Of a stretch of DNA of 64,000 nt, positions 51,262 through 63,646 are shown in pieces (position 1 is the stretch's first letter; each line of letters starts with the position of its first letter). A program made the position numbers and the translations under genes. This stretch comes from Ministeria vibrans ATCC 50519 (taxonomy: Eukaryota; Protista; Filasterea), in the NCBI GenBank assembly GCA_943704425.1, contig CALSCP010002679.1:32586-96585 (forward strand). Reading direction: 5' to 3'. The notes beneath the pieces were generated by a model. The model saw only the letters and a list, made by a program, of their open reading frames with translations. It was not told the DNA's origin and made no database searches.

Positions 51262-54200
51262 TCAGTGTTGAACGTAGCAAAAAATGTATCCGTCGCGTTT
51301 GCGCTGGGCCCCAAAGACATCGTCCTTGCGCGAATCGGTGACTACGGCATCGTTGTAGAGCTTCCATGTGGCTGCTGCGGGGTCGTACACGTCGCAAACA
51401 TAGTGTCCTACTCAGAACATGGATCAGAGCGAGGGTGTGTGAGAGTGGGTAAGTACCATTTCGAGCAGAGGAGCCTCGGTGACAGACAATGCTAGCCAGA
51501 CGGTAGTTTGTGCGTGCTGTGACTTGAGCGACGCGACTGACGACTGCTTCGCTGCTCTGCTGCTCTTTAAGGAACGCGAGTACTTCCGGTGGAACAACAA
51601 AGGACGCTGGACGAGCGGAGACAGTGGAAGTGGTAGTGGGGGCAGGGGTGGTGTCGAGGGTGCTGTGCTCTGGCTGCTGGGCATTTTCGAAAGCGTCGTC
51701 AAGGTAACCGACCGTGTTCGAGTCGGCCTCCGACAACGCATCCTCTAGCTTGCTGTCCAAAATGGACACATCCCTCACAATGTTGGGCTCCAAGTCGTTT
51801 TCGTCGCAGAGTGCGGCCATTTCGGCGCGTCGTGCCTCTGCAAGACTCAACTCAATGGCGCGCGCCATTCCTTCATCCTCGTCCACCACCGTACCGGGTG
51901 ACTCGCCACCACTACCACTGGCGGGAAGCAAATCGCTGGTGGCATCTGCTTCACCCTCTGCTACTTCCATTGCACTTGCCCGAATTGCATGTGCAAGTGC
52001 CTCTTCCTCCGTCATCGTGCCGTTTCCTCCATGAGGCGTCTCGTCCACAAATTCAAACTCATCGTCGAGTCGTCGTCGGGTCTTGCGCTCAATAGTGTCG
52101 TCGTCGTCATCATCATCATCGTCGTCGGCCTCCAAGACGCGCTTCAGCGACGGATTGCTAAGGAAATAATCCCATGAGGAACCCCGTGATTATTGTGCCA
52201 AGGTGTATTTACCGTGACAACAAACTGCTGTTGTTGGTATTTGGAGAAGTGGTTGAGGAAGCAACAGCAGCAGGTGAAGTTTGGGTTGTTGTTGTCGTGG
52301 TGGTGGTGGTGGTGGTGGTGGTGGCCGGGTCAGATTGTTGAGGGGAGGTTTGGGAAAGAGGATCAGCGGGACCCACTCGATTGTCTGTGGCCTCAATCAC
52401 GTTGACGTCGCACAGTTCGCAGACATCCAGCTCGGGGGAGAAGTCGATGGGCACATCTAGTTTTTCGTACATGCCCGTGTTGGCGTTGGCGGTGAAGCGC
52501 TTGACGTGGAGCAAAAGAACTCGAGGGAGTTTTACAAAGGCATGGGAGACGATGCCGACCGAGCCGGAGCAGGACTCTTCTTCGCAGCGGTACTCAACGG
52601 CGTGGGTTGCGAAAAAGTTGCGGAGCAGTGAGAGCAGTGAGTGGTTGCTACACACAGAGAGAAGAGAGTAAGGTGAGCATGAAAGTGTCTATTGTGCGGG
52701 TGTGTCTTTGTAGTGCGTATGTATGTGCGTGTATATGTCTTTGCAGTGCGTATGTACGTGTGCGTGATGTCTTTGTGGTGTGCACGTATGCATGTCTGTG
52801 TGGTGTCTTTAACAAATTAGTGTATGTGTGGTGTCTTTGAGGTGAGTGTAGGTGTGTGGTGTTTCTTGAGGTGAGTGTATGTGTATGTACGATTGATCGG
52901 GAGGGATGTCAAGGGAGAAATCGCGCATGAGTTCACGACGTGTTGAGGTTGTATCACAGGCAAAGCATTTAAGGTGGTGCTCGACAATGCTCTGGAAATT
53001 GTGTGCAGTCGGCGAAACCTATGGAGAATGTGTGTGAGAGAGAAATGAGGGGATGAAAGAAACAGAGCGATAGAGAGTAAGCGGCGGATGGTACATACTT
53101 CGTAGAGTGATTGGATAGCATCGCCAGTCACTGCTGAGAGGTCGTGTCGGCCATCGGGGAGTTGTTTTGCGTGAAGTACATATCGTTTGATTTCATCCTA
53201 AGAAGAAGGAGAGATGATTGTGAGACAGGAAACAAATGATTCCAGGTTGGGAGGGAGATACCTCAATGATGTCTAGGAAATGAACAAGAAACTCGTGGGC
53301 GTCTTGTTGTTGTGCATTCGCAAATTGGCGCGCCGTGGCCTCGACGGCACGTTTAATTCGAGAAGGATCGAGCACACTTGAAAAGATGGTACTGCCCGAG
53401 TCAGCTAAAAAGAAATCATAATTATAAAAAGATCCAAAGGATAGAACGAGAGAGAGAGAAAAAATACAGAGACAAAGTGATAGAGAGACAAAGTGAAAGA
53501 AAGACAAAGTGATCGATAGATCATGAAGAGGAGAAGGTCGTGCGAATTAGAGGGTATACCGCGAGAGGCACGCGAGTTTGCAAGGTCGACCATGGCATGG
53601 TAGAGGGTGTTGTTGGCCGTGAGTGGAGTACTAGAGGCAAGACGTGGCGAGTGGAGGGATTGGATGAAGGGTTCGAGGGCCATGAGAGCCTGCAAGATGG
53701 AATTTTGATAGCAGGTGTTGCCGAGATTCCGTAAACCCGGATCGGACGAGGTGAAGTGTGACGACACCCAGCGGCTGTCGAACCGTGAAATGGACGACAC
53801 GGGTTTGTTACTGCCGCTGTAGAGGCCCGGGCGTGAGGTGACTTGGGTGCTACGTTGGCGAGAGGTCGAAGGTGCCTTGTAAATGGGTAGTCGGTCGATT
53901 GGCTTGCTGTAGGGACGATCAACATTGTTGTAAAAATCTTTGGGGGGTTGTGTTGCATAGGCCGTTGGCGACGTCTTTGTAAGTGACTGCAAGGCAGAGA
54001 ACTGTCGCGAGCTGCTGGCGCCCATTTTGGCGTTTTTTTGCGCGCGGAGGAGCGCTTGCGCAGTGTGCGGTGATTCTGTGAGGGTGTTGGTGGGTCTGAA
54101 GCCACCCGAGGTGGACTTGCGAGCGGACGAGGGGACGGGACATCTGAATTCACCACTTGGAGGCGATGTGGCGGGAGCAGAGGTGCTGTTGACGAGGTGG

Positions 54201-54583
54201 TCGTAGGGAGGAGTCGCTTGTTTGATTTGGTTGAGGAGCGCAGCGAGTTGGCTTAGCTTGCGTGCAATCACCGCGACTTCTGGCACCGGCTCGAGAATCC
54301 CTGCACGGTCGCTGTTGGAAATGCGCGCTTCGAAGACGAGCTCTTTGTCGCTGCTTTCGTTGGCATCTGCGGAAAGCTTGACGGAGAGTCGTTCGCTCTG
54401 TGCGTCGTACTGTGCCGACTTGATTTTGGCCGCTGTGAGCGTCGCTTTCACAAGCGATTTCCCATGGAGCCCTCGAACATAAAGTTTACAGGTGTGTCGG
54501 CCGATGAACTGGACAAAAATACGGCAGACAGTCTTGTGGGTCGTGAAAAAGGCCATGAGCTCGACGTCGGTCGAGTGCGGCAT
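51262..54583 (-). CDS. USP37: Ubiquitin-specific protease, USP37/26/29-like, with UIM insertions
   Basis: Cys box GLRNLGNTCYQNSILQAL, QQDAHEFL, LPRVLLLHVKRF, two UIMs (EEEALAHAIRASAME, EDEGMARAIELSLAE), His box HRGSSARNG|HYVCDVYD..WKLYND; PH-like N-terminal region. Confidence 0.85.
52690..52890. repeat. Imperfect GT-rich minisatellite in a USP intron
   Basis: Recurring tgtctttg..gtgcgtatgta units of roughly 25-30 nt. Confidence 0.7.
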
Positions 54584-54911
54584 CCTGGACGAGAAGACAC
54601 GCTGAAGGGGGTGCGCGGTCCAGAGGGCGAAGAGAGAGAGCAAAAGAGAGAGAGAGGTAGAGTGAAAAGGAGGGCGGGAGAGTGGAGGGGAGAGAGAGGA
54701 CGAGAATTGCCTCGACGAGTTCGCGACACAAATTTGGCGCGGGAAAGCAAAAAGAAAAAAAAATGAAACTAATCGTAATTAATAGAATAAAATATAGATT
54801 GATTTCACAATAGTAACTGTTTTTTATTTCTTTCAATTGTGAATTGATCAATTCTATCCTCTTTAAAGTGTAAGGTTGGGTGGTTTGTAGTCATAAAATT
54901 TAGTCTTTTTT

Positions 54912-55314
54912 TTATTCTTCCTTCTTGTCACCACCTCCCCCCAAAAGATACTGTTCCCATTGATCCCGACGTTGTCGTGCCTCCTCCTACGATACAAAAA
55001 GAATATAATAAATAAATATTATAATGTATCATAGTGCTCTGTACCTCTGACTCTTCCACTTTGTAACTTGTGCCGTCCCATTTTTCAGCGGAAATACGAC
55101 GTTTGGCAAACCAACGGCCATTGAACACTTCAAGACACTTTGGGACACTCTCAAGTGCCTTGAACCGGACGAGAATCACTCCGTCGGGGTGTCGGTCGAA
55201 GATTTGCACTTTGCCCACTTCGCCGGCCTTTGCCGCGCACTCCGCCTCAATGTCTTCGCGCAGCTCAACCAGGTACGTGGGGTCTTCGTCAAACTCCGAC
55301 GGGACAAACATATT
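54912..55314 (-). CDS. HTATSF1: TAT-SF1/CUS2 splicing factor, 3' fragment only (UHM domain)
   Basis: NMFVPSEFDEDP..ELREDIEAEC..GEVGKVQIFDRHPDGVILVRF..NGRWFAKRRISAEKWDGTSYKVEESE|EEARQRRDQWEQYL. The first RRM is absent. Confidence 0.9.
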
Positions 55315-55380
55315 CTACAACGGAAGAGTCAGAAAAAAAAAAAAAAAAAAAAAAGAAGGCAAAATTTCTTTTTGGGGTAC

Positions 55381-55680
55381 ATTTGTCGAGGAAGGCTTCA
55401 ATGACGGAGCGGTTGAGGCAGCGGACGCCGGGGGTGTTGCACTCGTCATAGAGCACGACGAATGCATCCTAAGCAGAGGCGTCAGTTGCGATGTGTTTCA
55501 AAAAAGAGGTTTTTTCTTTGGGAGACAACAACAGAACACATCGAATGGGGAGGAGGGGGATGGGGAGGCGAGGGGGCGTACCAAGAGGTGCTGGATGTTG
55601 AGGGATGAGGATTGGGTGGTGATCATCTCGGCCAGTTGCGAGAGACGCGCGTTGAGCGAGTCATCGGCCGTCTCAGCCAT
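55381..55680 (-). CDS. ROCK/MRCK (DMPK-family) kinase, 5' fragment only (2 exons)
   Basis: MAETADDSLNARLSQLAEMITTQSSSLNIQHLL|DAFVVLYDECNTPGVRCLNRSVIEAFLDK resembles the N-terminal dimerisation helices of ROCK and MRCK (LLDxLxxLYDEC). No kinase domain follows. Confidence 0.75.
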
Positions 55681-56023
55681 TGTTCAATCGTGGGGTTCTT
55701 GACAGACGCAGATCAGCAGGAGCCGTGTCAAGGTGAACTCAATCGATCAATTTGGAGTTTAAGAATGATCATTCATCATTCATCAATCATCTTTCATGTC
55801 TTAATCTCATATCTCAGGTCAATGACTCCAGACTCAAAAATAATACATTATACAATCAATTTTATTATCGTCCGTTCTCATCCACGCAACGTGCACTGCT
55901 GATTGGCCGCCTCGCTGCCTTGTCCGTCTGCGCGTGGCTGGTTTCTGTCCGTGACGCGCGTGCTAGTGAATGGATAGGCCTCAGGCAGTCCGTCCTTGGC
56001 TCCCGTCGAAACGTCCCATTGAT

Positions 56024-57326
56024 ATGGCGCTGGAGGACCTCGGCTACGTTGCTGCGTCACAAGAGCGGCTCTTCGACTACTTTGCAGTCATCCAAACCCG
56101 TTTCGTAAGGCGTCCTTTCCCTTTCGACGCGCCCACGGGTGCTTGAGGATATTTTTGACGTTTCTCTCTCATTGAGACTCTGTAGTCACCTCCACGACCC
56201 GCCTCACCGTCAACGACGACCGAGAAACACGATGCAGCCGCAACCTCCAGTCGACGCTCGGCGGCAGCAGCAGCAGCGGCGGCGTCGCTGGTGCCGCAGA
56301 GCCCCATCTGGCGGCTGCCCCCCATCCAAGCCTATGTCCAGTACCGCTTTCCCGCCAGCGATTACGCAGATGCCGAGTTTCCCGCCGAGCTGGCTCGCTT
56401 TTGCACTCCAGGTATGCACACACACTCAACGTCTATGTGTGAGCATGTCATTTCATCAAACCTTCTCGCCGCAAGGAATCTATTGTGCACAATCTGAAAT
56501 TGTTCGATTGCTTAGACGGACTTGTGCTTGTGCGCCACACACCCACGCCTGCGCAGCCCAAACCTCGTTCGACCTGCTTCAGTTTTGCGCTTACCTCGTA
56601 CGAGGGGCACATCTCCACGGCGGTCTGTCTGACACTCTGGGAGCCGGTCACCAGTGAGTTTCTCGCCCGTGCCACTGCCTCGTCCTCATCGACAAGCCCT
56701 TTCCCATCACCACGCGCCAGCCGCAAAGCCAAGGCAGCATCTGGCGCGGTGCCACCATTGTATCGTTCCACGAATCATCATGGCACGTCGTCGCCGTCGC
56801 CGCACAACGGAGGCACACCTGTGGACGACGCTACTGCTTCCACCGACTCGAAATGGTTCGCGCCAGTCTTTCTCTGCCTCATCTCACGCCATGCCATTAT
56901 GCGCACCATTCGTCGTGTTCTTGTCCACCTCTCTGCCGTCATTCACCAGCATCACTCGTCGCTCCTTCTAAACAGCAGCAGCATCAGCAGCAGCAGCACT
57001 GCCGCTCCCGGGGACTCCATCGTCCCCCTCGAGCGTGTTATCTCTCACTTTATGCTCAACGTACCGCTGCCCACCCGTGGTGGTCCCTCCGTCGTCTTTC
57101 CCATTGGCAATCGATTTGTCTCCATCCGTCGTCCCCCGTACCAGCTCCTACCCGCTCTAGAACTAAGTCCCCGTCGCATCTTCGACGCCATTGACACGGC
57201 CCTCCTCCTCAAAATCTTCACTGCCATTGCCACAGAAATGAAGGTGAAACACTATAATAATAATAATAATAACTAATAATAATAATAATAATAACAATGA
57301 TAATAATAATAATAATAATAACAATG

Positions 57327-57374
<48 letters not shown>

Positions 57375-58811
57375 GTAATAATAATAATAATAATAATGAT
57401 GATAAAATAATAATAATAATTAATTACTATAATTATATTAATATAACAATAATAATAGTAATAATAATAATTATTTTTATCATCAGTATTAATTTTTCTT
57501 CTTATTTTAATGTTAGGTTGTGCTTTCGTCACGGTCGTTCTCATTGCTGCACGAGACTGCGCAAGTGATGATCGCACTACTGCATCCACTGCGGCTGCAG
57601 TCTGTGTTCATACCCGTGTTCCCCCACATGCTGATGGACTTTTACGATGTTGTCTCCGCTCCCTGCCCCTTTGTAATTGGTGTGCGCAGTGACACGGCTG
57701 ACATCTCGTGGATCGACGGGACCGACGCAATTCTCTTTGACCTTGATCATTCGCTGATGCTGCGCTCCTCCGAGATGGCCGACGGACGACCTGCCGATAG
57801 CACCACCGTCGTCCCTTCACTCCCCGAAGCCCCCATGTTCCTTCTCCTGGATCGTCTGCGCCAGGCTCTCCATCCGGACGTGTTCCATCTCGACTCGGTC
57901 CACGATGACGACGACGATGGCAACGGCGCGCCCACAATCCCCTCGGGTGCTAATGCTCGTCGCCAACGTCCCACCGATGCCGAGGCTAACATTGCCATCC
58001 GCGCCGCCTTCCTCGAGTTCTGGGCAACTCTCTTTGCCTCGTACCACAATCACTTATACCTCATGCGCATGCATCCGCGTCCCTTGGTCGTCTTCAAAGG
58101 CGATCTCACGGCCACACAGCTTCCTCCCCTCTCGCTGCCTCATCCTGACACCGTTCCCACCTCAAACGGCACTCTGCTCGCTTCCTCGTCCGCCTCCAAT
58201 AGTGGCTCGTCCAATGGCGTTCCTCCTCCCTCATCCTCTCCTTCGTCCAGCTCACGCCAATCACACCCGTCGACCCCATCCGCCGGCGTATCCTCAGCAT
58301 CGCTGTCGTCATCGTCCACTCCTGCATCTCCTGCCATCAGCACTACTGTATCCAATATCACTGTGGCAGGTGCAGTGGCCCCCACGCCCTCCAATCAGTG
58401 CGTGGAGCGTATCATTCGCAGCCAGCACTTTGCCATTTTCCTGCAGGAACACGCTGTGCCCATTGCCAATGTCTTTGACGACGCTATGGAAGCAGTGCGC
58501 ATGCAGCAGGCCGAGTCGGTGTACGACTATGTGCTTTCGCTGTACCGGAGGAAGGGCACAAGTGACATTGTCGACGACTACGACGGCTCGGCCGGACTTG
58601 CAGGCACGTCCACCAGTGCCTCTTCCGACGTCGACACTCACATAGTGGGCGCACCCGACCTGTCTGACATTGATGCCGAACGGTTGAGCGCGTATACAGC
58701 CACCCATCGTGCTCACCAGTCGCTTGTTTCAACGCCCACCAGCGACACTCTTTGCCCACCCCACCCAAGCGACAACAACAACAACAACACAAACACCAAC
58801 AACAACTATAT

Positions 58812-58846
<35 letters not shown>

Positions 58847-60520
58847 ACGACGAGCGACCTCCCGCGACGTTGTTTGTGCCCCTGGATCATGCGTATGATC
58901 TGCCTGCGTCCGTCACCGGCTCATCGACCCCGGTCGCGCTGCCCCATGCGCCCTGTCCTTTCCTCGAGAGCGATGGTCTTTCGGATGCCTTTGAAGCAAA
59001 GGTTGAGAACAACTCTGTTATCGCGGCTATTCTCGCGACCATTTTCAGTGACTACGACATATTTATCACCCCCGACTCAGAACCCATTTACGATGACATT
59101 TTTAGAGACGAAGGGGTAACCTCAAGCAATCGAAACAGAATTATTCACTGCATTTCTGAACAATTTTTTAACTCTTTTTTCTTCACAGGCGCGTTGGTTC
59201 TTTGCCAATGCGTTGCGCAAGTACAAAGACTTTGAGCGGCTAAACGAGTCGCACTTTGACTGTTTGGTAAAACTGTGTTCAATGGCACTGCGCAACTGCA
59301 CTGCAACATACAACTACCGCTCGGTTGTGCTTCTGCTCCCATCACTCTTTCTGTTCCATTGTGTGCGCTACGGCACACGTACTGAGATGCTCTATGAGTG
59401 TGTGTGTAATCACTTTGTCTGGCGTCAGTTTGACGTGTGGCTCTCGACCGTGTACCTGTTCACACGTTCGCTGCGTGCGTCGGCGCTCTTCCCCGACGAG
59501 TCCATGGCCCAACACATGCTCGCGTACAGCCAGACCATGACGCCCGCCGAGCGCGACGCAGCCGTCGCTACCGAGCGCGCCGTCATTGTCGAGGCGCTCA
59601 CCATCACGGCCAACAAGATGCGCTTCATGCGTCAACCTCGCGACGCCATCCGCGCCTTTCTCTACCGCGTCTGTATTCTTCTTGAACTTCACGAGAGCAC
59701 CGTCACCCTCATTCTCACCGCCATTTTCTCGCGCCGCACCGCTTCCTCCTCCACCACTACCGCAGCGAATGGTGCCACCGCAGACGCATCCTCAAGCAGC
59801 ACGGCCACTTCGGAGGCAACCAGCAGCGCACCGGACAGTGGATCGTCGACACCCAGCATGGCTGCAACGACCGCCTCGAGCCCTTTACCTGCTTCATCAT
59901 CATCATCATCATCATCGACGAGCGCTCTCCCACCCCTCGTAACTGCTGCACCAGACCTGGTGCTTCCCGATCGGACCGAATCGGACGGCGACACGCTTGA
60001 CGCCAACCTGCGTGTTCTCGACATGAGCGTGCCCCTCTCGGCGCGTCTCACTTTCAGCGGCAATCTGCGACTTGTGCTGTTGCGTGCACAGGTGAGCCGT
60101 AAGTCAGCGGGACGTCGCAAGCCATCCACCTACTGTAGTGTGTCCGCAGATGGTCGGGCGCTCTTCAGAACCAAAGCCCATCCGTCGTCGCTTGAGCCCG
60201 AGTGGCGCCACACAGCCGACATTCAACTCAAACACGCCGCAGAGGTAACAAGCAAAAGGGATCAATTGAAGAGGGGAGTTTATTATTAATACTAATTGGT
60301 TTGTTGCGTGGGGGGGGTTTTTTTTTGTTTTTTTTTGTTTGTGTGTATCTAGTTGGAAGTAAGTTTGTACCAGGACAATGTGATTGCAACGTACCTTTTG
60401 GGCAAAGCGAGTGTGTCCTTTGAGCACCTGTCCACTTCGACAGAACACACTCTGTGGCTCACACTTCCGGACGAATCATCCATTCTTATGTCTCTTGAGC
60501 TCACCTCTGAGTTTGAGTGA
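56024..60520 (+). CDS. DENN-domain Rab GEF with SBF2-type helical domain and C-terminal C2 domain
   Basis: uDENN (RLFDYFAV, YRFPASDY, LARFCTPG), cDENN (LLHPL..FIPVFP..APCPFVIGV), dDENN (IRAAFLEFWATLF), SBF2-like block (HFDCLVKL..LYECVCNHFVW), C2 (FRTKAHPSSLEPEW..LLGKASV). Alternative in-frame ATG at 55970; stop TGA 60520. Confidence 0.88.
57254..57470. repeat. Long compound (AAT)n microsatellite (intronic)
   Basis: Direct observation; the flanking exons splice in frame (ATEMK|VVLSS). Confidence 0.95.
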
Positions 60521-60681
60521 CGTGTGTAAGTACAATACAACATCAAAACAATAATAAGCATCATAATAATAATGAAAATAATAATAATAATAATAATTAT
60601 TATTATTATATAATTATAATGATTATGATTCCGAGTATGGTTTGAAAGAAAAAGAAGAATTAAAAAAGAGATTGTATTGTA

Positions 60682-63646
60682 TCAACGAGGCTGTTGAGGC
60701 TGTTGTTGTTGTTGTTGCTGCTGCTGCTGCTGTTGTTGTTGGCCCAGCTGTTGAGGAGGAGGAGGCTGTTGGCCGTAGTAGTGCTGTGGCGGTGGGGCAC
60801 CATAGCCAGGGTAGCCATAGCCGTACTGGGGATGGGGATAGCCGTAAGGGGGAGCAGCGTAGCCATAGCCGTGTTGGGGTGGCGGGGCTGCACCGTAGGG
60901 GCCTGGGGGAGGGCCCTGCGCGTAAGGGTTGTACGCAGGCGTGGGTGCGGAAGCGGCGTAAGGATTGCTGTAGGGTGCCTGTGGCTGCTGCGGTGAGTTA
61001 GCTGTTGGAGGAGGCTGAGCGGGACGCGAAGGAGCACCAGCACTACCACTGGCACCGGTCGCTGCAGGAGGAGGAGGAGCGTCACCCGAAGAAGGACGGT
61101 ACGAGGACGACGGCTGGTAGTAGTTGGAGGCGGGGGGTGGGGCAGGTGAGGATCGCGATTGTTGTTGTTGTTGCTGCTGCTGGTGCTGCTGGTGCACTGC
61201 GTTGGAGTAGCTCTCGCCCTGACTGAGAGTTGCCGAAGAGTTGGTAGACTGATCGGGCTGTGCACGATCACGCTGAATATCCGTGATCAGATCCATCTTT
61301 TCGGTTTTGCGAGCAAAGCAAAAGTCGGTGCACTTGGATTGGAACTTTGAGATGAGGTCGGCGAGCTGACTGTAGAAGCGACTGCCCTCCTCGATGTTGA
61401 CAAGAACCTCCTTGTAGGCGTCGTACGCGGCATTGAGTTCACCCAACACAGCCTCGCGTCGCGCCGACGAGTCATCTGTCTGCTTCTCCGCCACAAACGC
61501 CTCATTTGCGGTACGCACTTCGTCCAGCAACTGTGCCTGGTCACGAATCACGCGCGCAAGCGTCTCCTAAAATATTGTTAAGATGGTACATACAAGTGGT
61601 TGACACACAAGACTCACCTGCAGAGGAGCGTATAGTTGTTGAAGACGAGAGGAGAAGAAGGACTCATAAACGCAGTCGGAGGATGCAGCGATGAGCGCCT
61701 TGGTGATATCGTCGTGTGCAGCAGCAGTGCGGATCTCCTGGAGAGCAGAGGAGCGGGCAATCTTGACACTGTTGAGTTGGGTGAGGACGGAGCGCAAGCG
61801 GGCAGTGGCGGCCGAAGTGGATGGCGATGCAGAAGAAGATGCGGTATTTGAGGAAGGCAGCTGGCTGAGAAGGTCTGCGTCGGAGAGTGACAGCTTGGCA
61901 ATGCCCGGTTCGTTTTTGGCAATGCGTTCCTTGACAATGATGTCGGAAGCATTGGCTCGGTTGAGCACATCACGGTACTTTTGGCTCTCGGCGAGCAGCT
62001 TTCCATTGAGGGCTGTTGAACCGGTACGGCTCCAGTCAGTTCCCCAGCGCTCCTTCATGCGCTGGTCATCGGCAGCCTCCTCGGCAAGCAGCCGGTCGCC
62101 CTCGTCGAGCATGGCAAGGTTGGTGGCTGCCGTTGAGAGGAGCGCATCGTGCTTCTCGCGCAGCGTTGCCATCCCACCCTGGCTACGAATCTCTTCGGCA
62201 TGTGCAGCCACGGTCTCAGGCAGACCCGACGGCTGTTCTCGCGCATCAATTGCCTGCGGAAGACCCATCGACTCAAGCGACGAGCGCAAGATTCCGGCGG
62301 CGTCTTCTTCGCGCTGGACTTCGTCGCGCACGAGTGCGTCACGTCGCTCGGCGTACTCGCGAGCACGCTGCTGGAGGGCGTACGGGACGAGTGCAGCAAA
62401 AAAGTCGTCGAGACGCACCGTCGGCTCAGTGCTGACGTCCACAATCGGCACAGGCTTGACCATGACGGACCCTTCGATGGGTGCCAGATCCGCAATAGGC
62501 GGCTCTCGATCGTGATAGATGAGGCTGTTGTCCTTGGTCCTATCAATAAAATACATACAGGAGCACATTGTTTAGTGGTGGTGGTGGAGAGAGTGAGTAC
62601 ATAGATAGAATAATGGAGAGAGTGAGTACATACATATCATTGTAAATGTGACTATGAAAGTGTGTGTGGTGTCTTCGTTGTGTGTGACAGAATAAGAAAT
62701 GCAGTACAAAAAAAAAAAAAAAGAAGAAGAAGAAGAAGGAAAGACTTACACGCTCTTGAAGGTGGTATCGGTGCGCTGGTGATACGGCGAGTCAAAGGCA
62801 CTTCCGAGTTTGTTGTCCTTTGCACACTGGCGGGTGTCAAGAAAGTGGACGGAGGCAGCGCGAAGACGGGCGCACGCCTCGCCATGACGCCCCTCCTGAG
62901 TGCACACAAACGACTGGTGGAACTGTGCAATGCCTTCGTGGAGCAGCTGCTTGGCCTTGATGGTCGCCGGCCAGGTCTTAAGGGAGCTTGGGAGCGTCTC
63001 CTTGAGCAAGGGCTGGCCGAGGTACTCACAGGCACGGCGATAGTAGCTGCTCACCTGGATGGCAAGCTTGGCCAAACTAGCATCCTTCATTTTGGCGTCC
63101 AGGGCCTTGTGAAGGAAACACTCTTGGGCCTGCGCGAGCATGAGAGCCTCAAGGAAGTGGAGGGTGTCGTCGAGGAAGTCAGTGGGCACAATGAGTGAGC
63201 CGAAGACGCCCGGCGAACAGACGGCCCGGAGCTCGGCAAAGACACCGGCAGCCTTTTGAAAGGCAACACACGCCGTCTTGATGTTCGCGTCAGTGGTGAG
63301 CGGCACATTCGAAGCAATCACACTGTGCAGCGCGCCAATGTTGATTAGCACTGAGGCGCGCTCGAAGACAAGCGAATAGCTCGTTGTCGACTTTTTACTT
63401 CCGCCCATGCCAAGAAAACGCCCCTTGCTGCCACCCGACGCAGAGTTGAACACATTGGTCCATGTGAATGAGATGCTGAATCGGAAAAGAAAACGAAGAA
63501 AAAATGATTTTGATGTTTTTTTTTTTGATGGTGATGTGCCATACCGAACTTGGTCTTCTTGGATGGGAAACCGCCGCTGCAAATGGTCGAGCTGCGAGAT
63601 GTACTGGTACAGCGACGTGATTCCGGCCTCTTGCTGTGTAGGATTT
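60682..63646 (-). CDS. PDCD6IP: ALIX/PDCD6IP (Bro1 + V domain + Pro-rich tail); first exon(s) beyond the window
   Basis: ISFTW, FERASVLINIGAL, FQKAAGVF, LMLAQAQEC, KDNSLIYHDREP, NIEEGSRFYSQL, DFCFARKTEK, then a Pro/Tyr/Gly/Gln-rich tail. Confidence 0.93.

Noticed and set aside
57218-57589. Poly-Ile/Tyr ORF
   Set aside because: Translation of the intronic (AAT)n microsatellite.
62540-62750. A-run in an ALIX intron as another chimeric junction
   Set aside because: Flanking exons splice in phase (KSV|TKDN) and are collinear ALIX sequence.
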